This document shows, piece by piece, positions 10,215 through 20,900 of a stretch of 64,000 nucleotides of DNA. How positions within the stretch are numbered: position 1 is the stretch's first letter; each line of letters starts with the position of its first letter. A program made the position numbers and the translations under genes. The notes below the pieces were generated by a model. It made no database searches, had not been told where the DNA came from, and saw only the letters and a program-made list of their open reading frames with translations. The DNA is from a virus. The stretch lies in the IMG/VR virus record IMGVR_UViG_3300008108_000016, positions 32,001 through 96,000 of that record. One strand, written 5' to 3'.

Positions 10215-12074
10215 TTATACTATTTCACAAGCTCCACCGGCACAAGCCGCCTCACCACGAAGATCTGTATTATCTTGTAATTCAACAACCTTTGTTAAAT
10301 CTACATCATTTAATGTATTAAGTAATTTTTCAAAGGTTTCTTTATCACAATCCTCAAACGGTGCTTGGGTATATGTCCCACCATTATAGGGTAATACCGA
10401 AAGACCATTATAATGATCTCTGTTATTCCACATCCAATCACCAACAAGATCCCACTCATCTTCCTTAATAGAAACTGTTGCAGATACGTTGTGAGTATTT
10501 TGACCAGTTCTATGTCCAGATCTAACCCATTCTTGTGAAACTTTCTTCACTCTTTCCAACATTTGGAATACAGATTCGTGTCTCAATATTGATCCTTCAG
10601 GTGATTTTTGAGGGATTGTAATAACCGCAGTATCATGAGGTCGGAAGAACTCATCTTCAATAAGTTCAGGATGATAAATTGATAGGTAAGTATAGATCGC
10701 CTCATTCTTACCTACTCTAATTCTTCTTAGATAATAATCATTATGCCAAGCATGAATACCCGATGAGGTTCCAAGGACAAGTGATGATGTTCCTGAAGGT
10801 TTTACTGTTGTTGTTCTTGCGGCTTTATTAATACCAATCAAAGAAGCAACTCTCTCATTCTCCTCTTTAACCGCCTTTGCTGCTGCTTTCATATCATAAC
10901 CCAAAACAACACCAGATCCAATACCCGTCATTCCAACACCAATAAGGGCATCCTTTTCCGTTGTTCTTTTCCATACATCACGAAGATAATGGAAATCGGT
11001 ATAACCCGCCTGTAGAGTACCAATAAAAGCCGCTCCTCTAACTCTCTTATCAAAATCCTCTTGTGATTCAATATCAGAAGCATTTACCTCACAAAGATTA
11101 CAGAACTGATATGGACGAAGTGCAATCTCACAACATGGGTTTGTACCCCAATCCTTATCGTTAGATAGGTAAATACCCGGTTCACCCGCTCCTGACAATT
11201 CAATTCTCTTCCATAGATCCATAAAATATTCTTGAGTAATTTTATGTCTCAAAAGAACCGCAGAATTGTTTGCTCTACCTCTTTGTGGGTTTTGTTCCCA
11301 CCACGCCCCAGACTTACATGAAATCATTTCATCATCATCTGCGGAGAATAGTGAAATAAGTGCCGCTCTACGAATACCTCCCGCAAGAACCGCATCCGCA
11401 ATATGACATACAATATCATGTACTTCAATAGGGGAAAGTTTCTCATTATCATTCTTTGCGTCCAAAACTTTTTTAATGTTATGAATACAATCTTTAAGTG
11501 GTTGAGGTCCTGGTGCTTTTCCTCCTGATGTTACTAAAAGAGCTCCTTTATGACGAATATCAGAAAAATCAAAAATAGGTGTTGATGACTTGTGTCCAAA
11601 ATATGACTCAAGTAATACTTTAATTGCATCTGCCCACCCTTCAATACTATCACCGATCAGATATCTTCTTGTTCTATTTGGATTTGGTTTTAAAATTTCA
11701 GGTAGTTTGTCTACGTGATGTTTTTGTACTGAGAACCCAACTCCAGTTCCACCTAAAAGAAGGAACATTGTTTCTGAAAACGCATCCACATGATCAATAG
11801 GTAGATATGCACAATTGTAGATTCTATTTGGTGAAATTTCAATTGGTTTACCTCCAAACTGAAGTGATCTCATAGATGGTAAAATCTTTTTATCGTACAC
11901 CATCTTATATACCTCTTCAATCTCATCTTTAATTTGAGGGTATTTTTTTTGGTGCATTTCTTTATTTCTTGTCACCAGTTCTTCCCAAGTTTCTCTTCTT
12001 TGTTTTTCGGGATCATATTTCGCATATTTCATATACACGGTAATATCACTCAATATTTTCTGTGAAATGTCCAT
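10215..12074 (-). CDS. nrdJ: Class II (adenosylcobalamin-dependent) ribonucleotide reductase, monomeric RTPR-like
   Basis: NCAY, GTNPCCEI active-site motif, TTVKPSGT, C-terminal redox pair ACAGGACEIV; no beta subunit gene nearby. Confidence 0.9.
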   Translation of the reverse strand: MDISQKILSDITVYMKYAKYDPEKQRRETWEELVTRNKEMHQKKYPQIKDEIEEVYKMVYDKKILPSMRSLQFGGKPIEISPNRIYNCAYLPIDHVDAFSETMFLLLGGTGVGFSVQKHHVDKLPEILKPNPNRTRRYLIGDSIEGWADAIKVLLESYFGHKSSTPIFDFSDIRHKGALLVTSGGKAPGPQPLKDCIHNIKKVLDAKNDNEKLSPIEVHDIVCHIADAVLAGGIRRAALISLFSADDDEMISCKSGAWWEQNPQRGRANNSAVLLRHKITQEYFMDLWKRIELSGAGEPGIYLSNDKDWGTNPCCEIALRPYQFCNLCEVNASDIESQEDFDKRVRGAAFIGTLQAGYTDFHYLRDVWKRTTEKDALIGVGMTGIGSGVVLGYDMKAAAKAVKEENERVASLIGINKAARTTTVKPSGTSSLVLGTSSGIHAWHNDYYLRRIRVGKNEAIYTYLSIYHPELIEDEFFRPHDTAVITIPQKSPEGSILRHESVFQMLERVKKVSQEWVRSGHRTGQNTHNVSATVSIKEDEWDLVGDWMWNNRDHYNGLSVLPYNGGTYTQAPFEDCDKETFEKLLNTLNDVDLTKVVELQDNTDLRGEAACAGGACEIV

Positions 12075-12096
12075 TTTTTTTAATTTAATTTGTTTA

Positions 12097-13476
12097 TTAA
12101 TTTTTTGATTCTTTTTGTTTTCTTTTTTCCATCAACTCTTTAACTCGTTGACGTTGTCTTTCTTCTTTTTGTTCTTCAATACCTAAAAATGTCATTGAAC
12201 TTTCGGTATCAATCTCAAGCATTGAGTTGTCAAACTTACAATTTTCAAACACCACACCATCATCTCCGATACGAGACTTGGTAATTGCAATTGTGGCTAA
12301 TTTTAGTTCTTTCTGTTGTAATGTTTTTGCAACAGAAATAATTACGTGTCCAACTTGAGCTTTTTTAATTGATCCTCCCATTTGATCTGTTGTAACAACT
12401 TCCGATGAGATTGAAGATCTATTTCCTTGAGTTGCAGTCCATCCAACAATGTTCAATTCATGACACATTGCTTCAAAACCTCTCATTACAGATCCTTCGC
12501 TCTTCCATTCATCACCTAAATTTTTGTCAGGAACAACACAATCAATATAATCTAAAACAACCATATCTATTTTATTACCATCTGCAATCATTTTTCTGAT
12601 TTCGTTTTTGATCTGCAACATTGTTTTTGTGTCAGATGGTAATTTTTTTAAGATTAGTTGATTAGGCATTTCTTTTTGAATCTCATCCAATTTGTTGAGA
12701 ACTTCTTCTTTTTTGTCTGACAATTCGTCAGGATGAATCTTAGTCCAAAGAGTAATGTGTTTACGCTGAATTATCTTTGGGTTATCCTCAAAAAAGATCT
12801 GAAGTACGTTATTACCTAAGTTAAATGCGTGATTTGAGATCTTGGTTAAGAATGTTGATTTTCCAACCCCAGTTGGTGCCAATATAACACCAATCTCACC
12901 CTTAGCCAAACCACCTTTTAGTAGTCTGTCAATACCAGGAATTCCCATTGGGATTGGGTGTCTGTAATCATCATCCAACACCTGATCCAAATTACTAAAC
13001 ACATTTAAATTACTAATGTCTTTTTCACCAACCTGAAGAGCTTCTCTAAACATTTCCTCAATGGTATCATAACTTTCAAATTCTCCACCATCAACAATTT
13101 TTTGAGCTTTGGTCATTACTTTAACAACCTCTTGTTGCTTACAAAATTTAAGAGCCTTTTCTTGTACAAAATCCCCTCCATCTATAGGTGCGTCCTTAAT
13201 TTTACCGATCATATCCAATACAATTTTGGATGCAACCTCTTGTTGTAATTCGGATTTAGTAATTTGTTCTAGTGTGTCAAATGAAGGTGTGTGGTTATAC
13301 TTTTTATAGTATTCCTTAATCATTTGGATGATTAATTTAAAGTACTTATTTTCAAAATAAGTTGGTGAAATTACATCAATAATAGAATGTGCAAATTCTT
13401 TGTCTAAAATAATTTGATTCAATAATTGAATCTGAAAATTACTCCCTAAATAATCAAAATTTTTCTTTGTCGCCAT
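12097..13476 (-). CDS. DnaB-like replicative helicase (T4 gp41-like)
   Basis: Walker A APTGVGKS, VVLDYID, WTATQGNR, KSR motifs. Confidence 0.9.
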   Translation of the reverse strand: MATKKNFDYLGSNFQIQLLNQIILDKEFAHSIIDVISPTYFENKYFKLIIQMIKEYYKKYNHTPSFDTLEQITKSELQQEVASKIVLDMIGKIKDAPIDGGDFVQEKALKFCKQQEVVKVMTKAQKIVDGGEFESYDTIEEMFREALQVGEKDISNLNVFSNLDQVLDDDYRHPIPMGIPGIDRLLKGGLAKGEIGVILAPTGVGKSTFLTKISNHAFNLGNNVLQIFFEDNPKIIQRKHITLWTKIHPDELSDKKEEVLNKLDEIQKEMPNQLILKKLPSDTKTMLQIKNEIRKMIADGNKIDMVVLDYIDCVVPDKNLGDEWKSEGSVMRGFEAMCHELNIVGWTATQGNRSSISSEVVTTDQMGGSIKKAQVGHVIISVAKTLQQKELKLATIAITKSRIGDDGVVFENCKFDNSMLEIDTESSMTFLGIEEQKEERQRQRVKELMEKRKQKESKN

Positions 13477-13509
13477 AGTTTTTTTTCTCCCTTGTAAAGA
13501 TAAATACTA

Positions 13510-13968
13510 TCAAGCTATATTAAATCCAGCGTATTCAAAATTAAAATTTTTACCTGAAAAAATGTCAGTTAGATCAGATAATATACCTTTTAGGTACGGG
13601 CGTAGGTCTACGGTGTATCTTACCTTTGGTGGGTATAGTTTAGCGTCAAATATTCTATGACAAATTGTCATATCTGATGTCTTAATAATCATATGATAAT
13701 TCTCATCTCCATCGGTATAAGACGTATTTAAAATTTCAGGATTCTCCTGAATTTCGTATTGATTTTCCAACATATAAACAACCGTTCTCATCTTGAGATC
13801 TTTTTTCATGTTGTCGCATACCTGTTTTACATAATCATATAATTCCATAGATTTTTTAGATTCGGGATTAAAATCTCTAACATTAAAAAATCTTTGTACG
13901 ATAATACTCTCGTTACATTTCAAAAGGAATTCAACTTTTGTAAATTCTTGTTCTCTCATACTTTTCAT
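13510..13968 (-). CDS. Hypothetical protein in the replication operon
   Basis: 152-aa ORF coupled (ATGA overlap) to the exonuclease gene; no motif recognised. Confidence 0.6.
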   Translation of the reverse strand: MKSMREQEFTKVEFLLKCNESIIVQRFFNVRDFNPESKKSMELYDYVKQVCDNMKKDLKMRTVVYMLENQYEIQENPEILNTSYTDGDENYHMIIKTSDMTICHRIFDAKLYPPKVRYTVDLRPYLKGILSDLTDIFSGKNFNFEYAGFNIA

Positions 13969-14972
13969 TTTTTGTTTCTGTAATTTGTTTTTTCTTTTCT
14001 TGTTAATTTTAAAAATGGTTTTAAAAACTCAACCCAATTGTCATCACCTTTTGGTAAGTACTTAAAAAATCCGTCATCCATCATCATTCTAATCAGATTT
14101 CTATATCCTCTACCATCAGGATCTAAACTTTCGGAATAGTATTGTTTAACCAATTCTTTACCTTCTTCTGTTATCATTGGTTTAGATAAATCAACCAACT
14201 TTTCATTTATTTCATAAAACTTATTCCCAAAAATACCATCTTTTGTTTTACCAACTATTAGATTGTTTAAAACAACACTTTTAGTTTGTTCTTGGAGTAA
14301 TGTTTTACCCTTTGTTAAAATATCAGTAAATGAAATCTCTGAATCAAGTATTTCAGGGAATAATTTTATTAATGTTTTTTCTCCCATTAAACTTATTCCA
14401 TCAATATTATCGGATGTATCACCAGCAAGTATTTTAAATGTTTTTACGTTGTAGTGTGGTATACTACAATCCTTAAATTTAATGTTATCCCCAACCCTAT
14501 AATATCTTTTTTGTTGTGGTGAATATATGGATACATTACTTGAAATTAATTGCGTGAGATCCTTATCGCTTGAGAATATAGTTTTGTGTTCATCTGATGA
14601 TATTTGACAATAATAAGCAATTAAATCATCCGCTTCAGCATTTTCAACTTCAAGTTGTCTAACAAACATTTCTTCCAAATATTGTTTTATTCTATTTTTT
14701 TGGTTAAGAAATGAATTTTCTTTTTCTTCAGTATATGAAGACTTTCTATTTCCCTTATACTTTGGGTATAATAGTTTTCTTTGGGATGAATTTTTATCTC
14801 CATCCCAAAAGACAACTACTTTATTAAAGTTTGTTTCCTCTAAAAATTTACGTAAGGTGTTTAAAAAATGCCAAGTTCCACCAACGTGTTCTGATCCATT
14901 AAAGAAATCTTTAACACCGTGAAATCCTATTTTTAACAAATTGTTACCATCAACAATAAGTGTTTTGGTCAT
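13965..14972 (-). CDS. 5'-3' exonuclease / flap endonuclease (T4 RNase H, PolA 5'-nuclease family)
   Basis: LIVDGNNL, YKGNR, EADDLIA, SSDKDLTQL, GDTSDNIDGI. The likely start is MTKTLIVDG at 14972; the ORF track begins at 15002. Confidence 0.9.
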   Translation of the reverse strand: MTKTLIVDGNNLLKIGFHGVKDFFNGSEHVGGTWHFLNTLRKFLEETNFNKVVVFWDGDKNSSQRKLLYPKYKGNRKSSYTEEKENSFLNQKNRIKQYLEEMFVRQLEVENAEADDLIAYYCQISSDEHKTIFSSDKDLTQLISSNVSIYSPQQKRYYRVGDNIKFKDCSIPHYNVKTFKILAGDTSDNIDGISLMGEKTLIKLFPEILDSEISFTDILTKGKTLLQEQTKSVVLNNLIVGKTKDGIFGNKFYEINEKLVDLSKPMITEEGKELVKQYYSESLDPDGRGYRNLIRMMMDDGFFKYLPKGDDNWVEFLKPFLKLTRKEKTNYRNKK

Positions 14973-14998
14973 TATAATTTTTTTAAATTGTTTGACAA

Positions 14999-15994
14999 TC
15001 AATCTTCTTCTTCATTGGTGGATACATACTCATCTTTAAACTTAATTTCTCCATCTCCTCCAAGAATTTTATTCCAATAATCCGAATAATCCTTTTTATA
15101 TGAATCCAACGCTGCTTTATCATCTTTTATATATCCTTGAGGTACGGCAATTATTTTACCGTCTTTATATGAAATACCATTTACGTGATTTTTAAGAACC
15201 GATATTTTCGTTCTAATCGCATAAGACACGGTTCTACCGTTTTTAGTTGCGGTAATATGATTAATACCCGCCTTTTTCTGATTTCCAAATAGGAACACAA
15301 ATGAACACGCCAACCAAAGTGCCTCACCACCCTTTGCCTTGATTTCAGGCTGACCAAATGGGTTATCAGGTAGATCAACCCAAGGCTGATTAACAACAAC
15401 CATTGTGTTATAGTATGGATAATCTTCCTTCTTTGATTTGGCAATCCTTGAGTGAATTCCCATACCTATTTTATCCGCCAAAGCCGCGGCATTGTGTTGT
15501 TTACCACCTTTACCATCATATGTCATTTTACATGGGATAGATCCGACAGAGTCCCATAAAAATAACAAATTATAAGGTATATCCCCTTTTTCTTGAGCGT
15601 CAATCAAATCATTGATAAAATCAGTTACTTGCTCAATATAATCAAAAGAATCATTAAAAATGAACATTCCATCCCAATCACCTTCTTCTGTTTGTTCCGC
15701 TTCTAACCCTAATTCAACTGCGTGTTTCCAAGACCATTTTCTTTCAGTAATGATAAAAACAGGAAGATGACCCTTTTTTTGTGCATCTGCCGCCGCCAAA
15801 ATCATTGCGGTTGTTTTAGATGAATTTGAGTGTCCCAAAAACATATTTATACCACCCATAATAGGCCCAGGTAAACCACAAGCATCCATAAACGCTTCAC
15901 CACAATTATAATATGACTCAGGTTTGTATTTTGTTTTTGTTGAGTATTTACTCTTTATTGACTCTAACGTTATTTCTTTTTTCTTAATTGCCAT
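14999..15994 (-). CDS. RecA/UvsX-like recombinase
   Basis: P-loop GHSNSSKTT, Walker B FLWDSV, VVVNQPW, KGGEAL, KNHV; lies next to the SSB gene. Confidence 0.8.
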   Translation of the reverse strand: MAIKKKEITLESIKSKYSTKTKYKPESYYNCGEAFMDACGLPGPIMGGINMFLGHSNSSKTTAMILAAADAQKKGHLPVFIITERKWSWKHAVELGLEAEQTEEGDWDGMFIFNDSFDYIEQVTDFINDLIDAQEKGDIPYNLLFLWDSVGSIPCKMTYDGKGGKQHNAAALADKIGMGIHSRIAKSKKEDYPYYNTMVVVNQPWVDLPDNPFGQPEIKAKGGEALWLACSFVFLFGNQKKAGINHITATKNGRTVSYAIRTKISVLKNHVNGISYKDGKIIAVPQGYIKDDKAALDSYKKDYSDYWNKILGGDGEIKFKDEYVSTNEEED

Positions 15995-16019
15995 AGTTAA
16001 ATCTGTTTTTTAAAAAGAT

Positions 16020-16052
16020 AAAAAAAGGTAGTGACATTGTAAATCACTACCT
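16020..16052 (-). terminator. Intrinsic terminator after the SSB gene
   Basis: Stem AGGTAGTGA/TCACTACCT with a U-tract on the minus strand. Confidence 0.75.
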
Positions 16053-16073
16053 ACGATATAGGATATCTTTTTT

Positions 16074-16937
16074 TTAGAATGGTAACTCTTCATCTACCTC
16101 TTCATCTACTTGTGGATCAACAGATGGTTTTGACTCTGATTTTGTACCTCCAATTGATGTTTCCCCAACTTCGTCGTTTGAGTAAACGTATCCTCCTTTT
16201 TCGGAATCCCAACGTGGAGTTTCTCCTCTTGCAATTGCCTCAAGATACTCAACAGGTTTCTTTGAATAGACATCTTCCCAAGTTAATTCATCATTAACCC
16301 AAGAATCTGCAGTTTCCTTGTCTTCGTGGATTGGTGCAGGATCATCATACATTACTGTTTGGATCACAGTATAAACCGCACCTTTAGGTGTTTTCGCTTT
16401 GGTCAATTCCAAAATCAAATCACGTCCTTTATCAGAATCAGTAATATCACCTTTTGCCTTCCAAATAGGAATAATCTTATCAAGAATTCCTTCTTGTTTG
16501 TAATTGTGTTTAAAACGCCAAAATTTAACACCATCTTGCTCGTTATCACGATCAACTACTTTTACAATATAAAATTTACGAGCTTTATATTGTTTAGCAA
16601 GTTCTTTGTCGGAATCTTTTCCTGTTGACATAAGTTCCTCATAAACTTCATTAAGAGGTGAACGTTCATTGTCATTTTTTCCCGGATCATAAAACTTTTG
16701 CCATTTTCCGTCCACAAGGATCTCGTGGAACCATACTTCTTTGAACGGTGAAGATCCGTCTAATGTAGGTAGAATACGAACTCGTTTCTGACCTTGCTTT
16801 TCGCTGTCTTTAAGAATTGCCGCGAAATACTTCTTCATTCTTTCATCTTGAGACATTTTTGAGGTAGAAGATGAACTACCTTGTTTTGAGTTCTCATACT
16901 GAGCCAAAACTGAATCTAAAACATTGTTTGTCGCCAT
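16074..16937 (-). CDS. Single-stranded DNA-binding protein (T4 gp32-like)
   Basis: RVRILP..SPFKEVWFH, VVDRDNEQDGVKFW, GDITD...GRDL; acidic tail ending EELPF. Confidence 0.8.
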   Translation of the reverse strand: MATNNVLDSVLAQYENSKQGSSSSTSKMSQDERMKKYFAAILKDSEKQGQKRVRILPTLDGSSPFKEVWFHEILVDGKWQKFYDPGKNDNERSPLNEVYEELMSTGKDSDKELAKQYKARKFYIVKVVDRDNEQDGVKFWRFKHNYKQEGILDKIIPIWKAKGDITDSDKGRDLILELTKAKTPKGAVYTVIQTVMYDDPAPIHEDKETADSWVNDELTWEDVYSKKPVEYLEAIARGETPRWDSEKGGYVYSNDEVGETSIGGTKSESKPSVDPQVDEEVDEELPF

Positions 16938-16965
16938 ATATATTAAATTAAAAGTTTACGTAGAA

Positions 16966-16994
16966 AATATAACTGTATAAAAGTAAATTGTCAA
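16966..16994 (-). promoter_or_regulatory. Host-RNAP-type promoter upstream of the SSB/replication operon
   Basis: Minus strand reads TTGACA-N17-TATATT; it also fits the Bacteroidota pattern TTTG-N20-TAnnTTT. Confidence 0.7.
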
Positions 16995-17012
16995 ATAAAA
17001 AATCGTAATTAT

Positions 17013-17032
17013 GAAAGGGATTTCTCCCTTTC
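17013..17032 (-). terminator. Hairpin after the proline-rich gene (probable terminator)
   Basis: Perfect 8-bp stem GAAAGGGA-TTTC-TCCCTTTC; the U-tract is not immediately adjacent. Confidence 0.5.
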
Positions 17033-17036
17033 GTTA

Positions 17037-17693
17037 TTACGGCATCATATCTTCGTCATCATAAGTATCAAAAGTTGTTTTAATTTCTTTTGGTGAAAAA
17101 TCTTCAACCTCATCAGTAGTTAAAACATATTCATTTTTTCCAGATTTTTCCATGTCTTCCATTTTGTCATCAAAAAAATCTGATAATTTTTGATTAAATG
17201 GACCTGAATCCAAACTTCTCAATTCCAATTTTTCTTCAGGTGTTTTAGGTCTATATTTTTCAACTTTTTGTTCAAGTGAATTGATTGCCCCAACCAACTT
17301 ATCCATCTCACCCAATCTACTCTCAAGATTTTCTAATTGACTAAATAATTGATTAAAATATTCTTCTTGTTTTTGTTCAAGATTTTTTTGAGAATCAACT
17401 AAATCAGTTATTTCAAGTTCCTCTTTATCCTCTTCTTCTTTACCAACTTCTTCAACGTCAGGATCTGTTGCAACATCAATAGGTTGTGGTGTTTCAGCTG
17501 CCGGTGGTTCTGGTGCTGGAGGAACTGCCCCTTCAGGTGCGGGAGCTTCTCCTACGGGTGGAGCTCCAAGATCAGGTGCCGGAACTTCTCCGGTAGGTGG
17601 TGGTGGTAATTCACCAGCTTCTTGTTCTAAAATGTAGTTATTAATTGAATTGTGTCTTCTAATTTCTTCAATTATTCTATCGTCTATTTTCAT
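17037..17693 (-). CDS. Acidic, proline-rich coiled-coil protein (possible prohead core / internal head protein)
   Basis: Leader ending YILEQ, a Pro/Ala/Glu-rich linker and a heptad region; function is inferred. Confidence 0.5.
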   Translation of the reverse strand: MKIDDRIIEEIRRHNSINNYILEQEAGELPPPPTGEVPAPDLGAPPVGEAPAPEGAVPPAPEPPAAETPQPIDVATDPDVEEVGKEEEDKEELEITDLVDSQKNLEQKQEEYFNQLFSQLENLESRLGEMDKLVGAINSLEQKVEKYRPKTPEEKLELRSLDSGPFNQKLSDFFDDKMEDMEKSGKNEYVLTTDEVEDFSPKEIKTTFDTYDDEDMMP

Positions 17694-17696
17694 TTC

Positions 17697-17921
17697 TTAA
17701 CCATTTAAAAGTTGTTTAATACCTGACTTGGTTTCTACTTGTATTTTTTTATTTGTATTCATTGTATTATCAACTCTTTCAATTAGACCATCTTTCATTC
17801 TAACTGTATAACAATCTCCTGTGTCCAAATCACACACTTCTTTAAATCCGTTACCGGCATCTTTCTCTGATATTCTTGTGTTCTTACCAAGATAATTATC
17901 TAAAATAAATTTTACGCTCAT
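17697..17921 (-). CDS. Small hypothetical protein (EVCDLDTGDCY motif)
   Basis: 74-aa ORF preceded by the TATTTATA motif at 17936-17943. Confidence 0.6.
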   Translation of the reverse strand: MSVKFILDNYLGKNTRISEKDAGNGFKEVCDLDTGDCYTVRMKDGLIERVDNTMNTNKKIQVETKSGIKQLLNG

Positions 17922-17970
17922 AATTATTGTTTTATTATAAATATCATTAATTACAGAAAAATTTACTTTT

Positions 17971-20900
17971 TTAACTTATCAATTGTATATACTCTTTATA
18001 CGCAGATTCAAATATATTTTCAATCGTAGACTTATCTTGTTCAATTAATTTATCAAACAGATCTGCATTCTCTTTAGATGGGTAATTATCCATATAGAAT
18101 TTTGTTAAACCTTGAGAATAGTAAACATCATTATTATTAAAATTAATACCATTTATTGATGTTATATATTTTGAGATCATAAATCTTACGTACGATTCAA
18201 ACGTATTAAAAGTTGCTATCGGTAAATTCTCACTCGCTTGACAAAAATATTTAGATGTCATTATATTATCTAAACCTTCACCAAATGGTTTTGTTAATGG
18301 TATTAAAGAATAATTGTTTCCATAAGTTTCAAATTTTTCAACAGGACTTAACATTAATGTCATTATACCGTAAATGAATCCTCCAACTTTTTTAGCCTCA
18401 TTTTCCGGAATTTTAAATTCTGTATTCATGATATTAGTAATTGTTTGAGCCGCAGTTTTCTTATTAATATTGGTTTTTGTAATATTCTCATCAACCGTAT
18501 AATTTTTATATGCCTCAGCCAAATATGTAGAACAATTCTGATTTGAAGATAAAGTTGCATTATTGGTTCTTTTTGCATCATTGACTTTACCGCTTGTTTG
18601 TGATATTGTATTCAATTGATTTTTTTGAGATTCTCTATCTTTTTCTGTAATTTGTTCTTGTATGTTCTTTAAAATATTTGTTGTTAACGATTGGATATAT
18701 GTCTCTATTTTAGGGATACTATAGAATGGTTGTCTTTGACCTTCAAATGTCGTATCAAACCCATTTTCAGATATTCTATGTGTTACTTTTGTGATCATAT
18801 AAGGCCCACTGAACATAGGAACGTTTCTTAAATTAAAATACATTGTTGGTTGTATAAGAGCATTACCCATCATATCAATAGAACACTTATAACTCCTATT
18901 CTTATATACATTATATAAGGAAACACTTTGTGAATAACCCGCTCTGTTTCTAGATAAATTAGCCATTTGATTTAACACCTCCAAAGATTCTGCGGTTGGT
19001 TGACCAGGATCTTGTGATATATCAAACTGCTTAAATATCTGTTGATTTTGAGGCCCAATATCAACATTAAATCCAACAACTTTGTTTGATTTATCCCAAT
19101 TTGTCTTATTTGTTAAATTTTCTAAAAGAGGATTATCAGAAGATCTTCTCAAATCAAATGCATCGTCTCTATATCTATAATCAACATTCTCATTCAAATT
19201 TAAATGCTGACTTGGTTTCCAAGCGTAGATACATAAAAACTTTGGTGATGTTTCTCTATAATCAACATTTAAAAATGTTCCGAATAAAGAATTTGCAAAT
19301 TCTAAAGTTCCTTCAGGTTTTGGTGTTGGGTTTTTACTTACATCTCTAACATTATAAAAATTAGCGTATGCCGGTAATGAAAAACTAACAAAGTTATTTT
19401 CTGTTAAAATTGTATTAACAATACTTAAAAGACTATTTTTATAATCAGAAGATTCAATCAAGTTTTTTAACTTGAAGACATCCACATATACTTGTTGACC
19501 AACGTCTCTACTTGCTCTATCCACAATTAAAACATCTTCAAATAATGTTTTAGTTTTAAAATCTCCACCAGAAATCCATTTATCATTTATTGATTTAAAT
19601 AATTCCCAAGTTTCATATCTTGTTTGTTCACCCTCAACTCTATCCGCTCTTACATTATTATTTACAGGACTAACATTAACTGAAGGTAATTTTTTCCTTA
19701 AGTTTGTTAATTCAATGTTTAATAGAGTATTAATGTATGTTGTATTTTTATTTAAATAATCATTCATTAAACCATAAAATTCGGTAGGTGTTATATTTGG
19801 GTTTTTAAGTTTTTGAGTTGCATATATTTTAACTATTGGAGCAAATGTCTTTACACTTGTTTCAGTAAACTCAACATTCATATCCACAAAGAAATCCGTA
19901 ATATAAGATCCATTATCCGTATACGCCAATTCAGGTATTTCAGAGAACCCAACATACGTTTCCAAATCTCTCCAAGTTTGTGGATTCTGAGTTTTAGATT
20001 GAGCAAGAGTTAATGATCCCCCTGCGGTTGGTAAACTATTTGGTGATCCTTGGAAATATCCCTGATATGTGTATGGATCCTCAATATATTGAGTTGAGAA
20101 TGTATAAAACAATTTTCTATCAAAAAATGATGGGTTTCCATGTTTAACAGTAACTTTATACTCCATAAAATTACTAATATATTTTGAGAAATTTGATATT
20201 TGTAATTCTTGTATTTCATCAATAATAACATCACCATTTAATACATTACCAACAGGTTTTGTTAATTTCATAACTTGTCTCATCAAAGCTTGGAAATTTT
20301 GTTCTACTTTATATGAGGTTGGGTCTACAGGTGAAGTTTCAGGTAATGTATTTGTAAAATCATATACAGATCTACTAAAGTTCAAAAATTCAGTTTCTAA
20401 TATGTCTAATATTTCTTTATCAAAAGTAGTAAACATTTCACTTATTGAAGTGTAATCATCTGATGCTCCATTTATTGAAAAACTTTGTTGTTGTGATTCA
20501 TTGTTAAAAATCTGTTTTAAATATTTTTCAGGAGTTGGTTTTGTTAGTTTACCATTATCAAAATATCCATAATTTGGTGCTTTCCAAAATAATCTAACGG
20601 ATCCATTATACATCGCAGGATTATCTTTAACTTCGGTAAATAATTCACCATTTGTTTTAAAACATTCATCATTTGTTTGATTTACTCTTGATCCAAATGA
20701 TGGTAAAGGATAAACACCAGTTCCATCTGAGGTTTCAATATAACAACTCCAAGGTGTTATTTGTAAAGATCTATTTGGATTTCCATTATCAAAACCTGCG
20801 GATTTAACAATATTTGATGTTGTTGTTTTTTTAACATATAGTCCATTATTAATCGCATCTTGTATTGATGAACTTGTATATCCCGCAACAGAATAATTTG

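Noticed and set aside
15480-15489. 10-nt match between spacer 1 (reverse complement) and the recA-like gene
   Set aside because: Too short to indicate self-targeting; no full protospacer was seen in the window.
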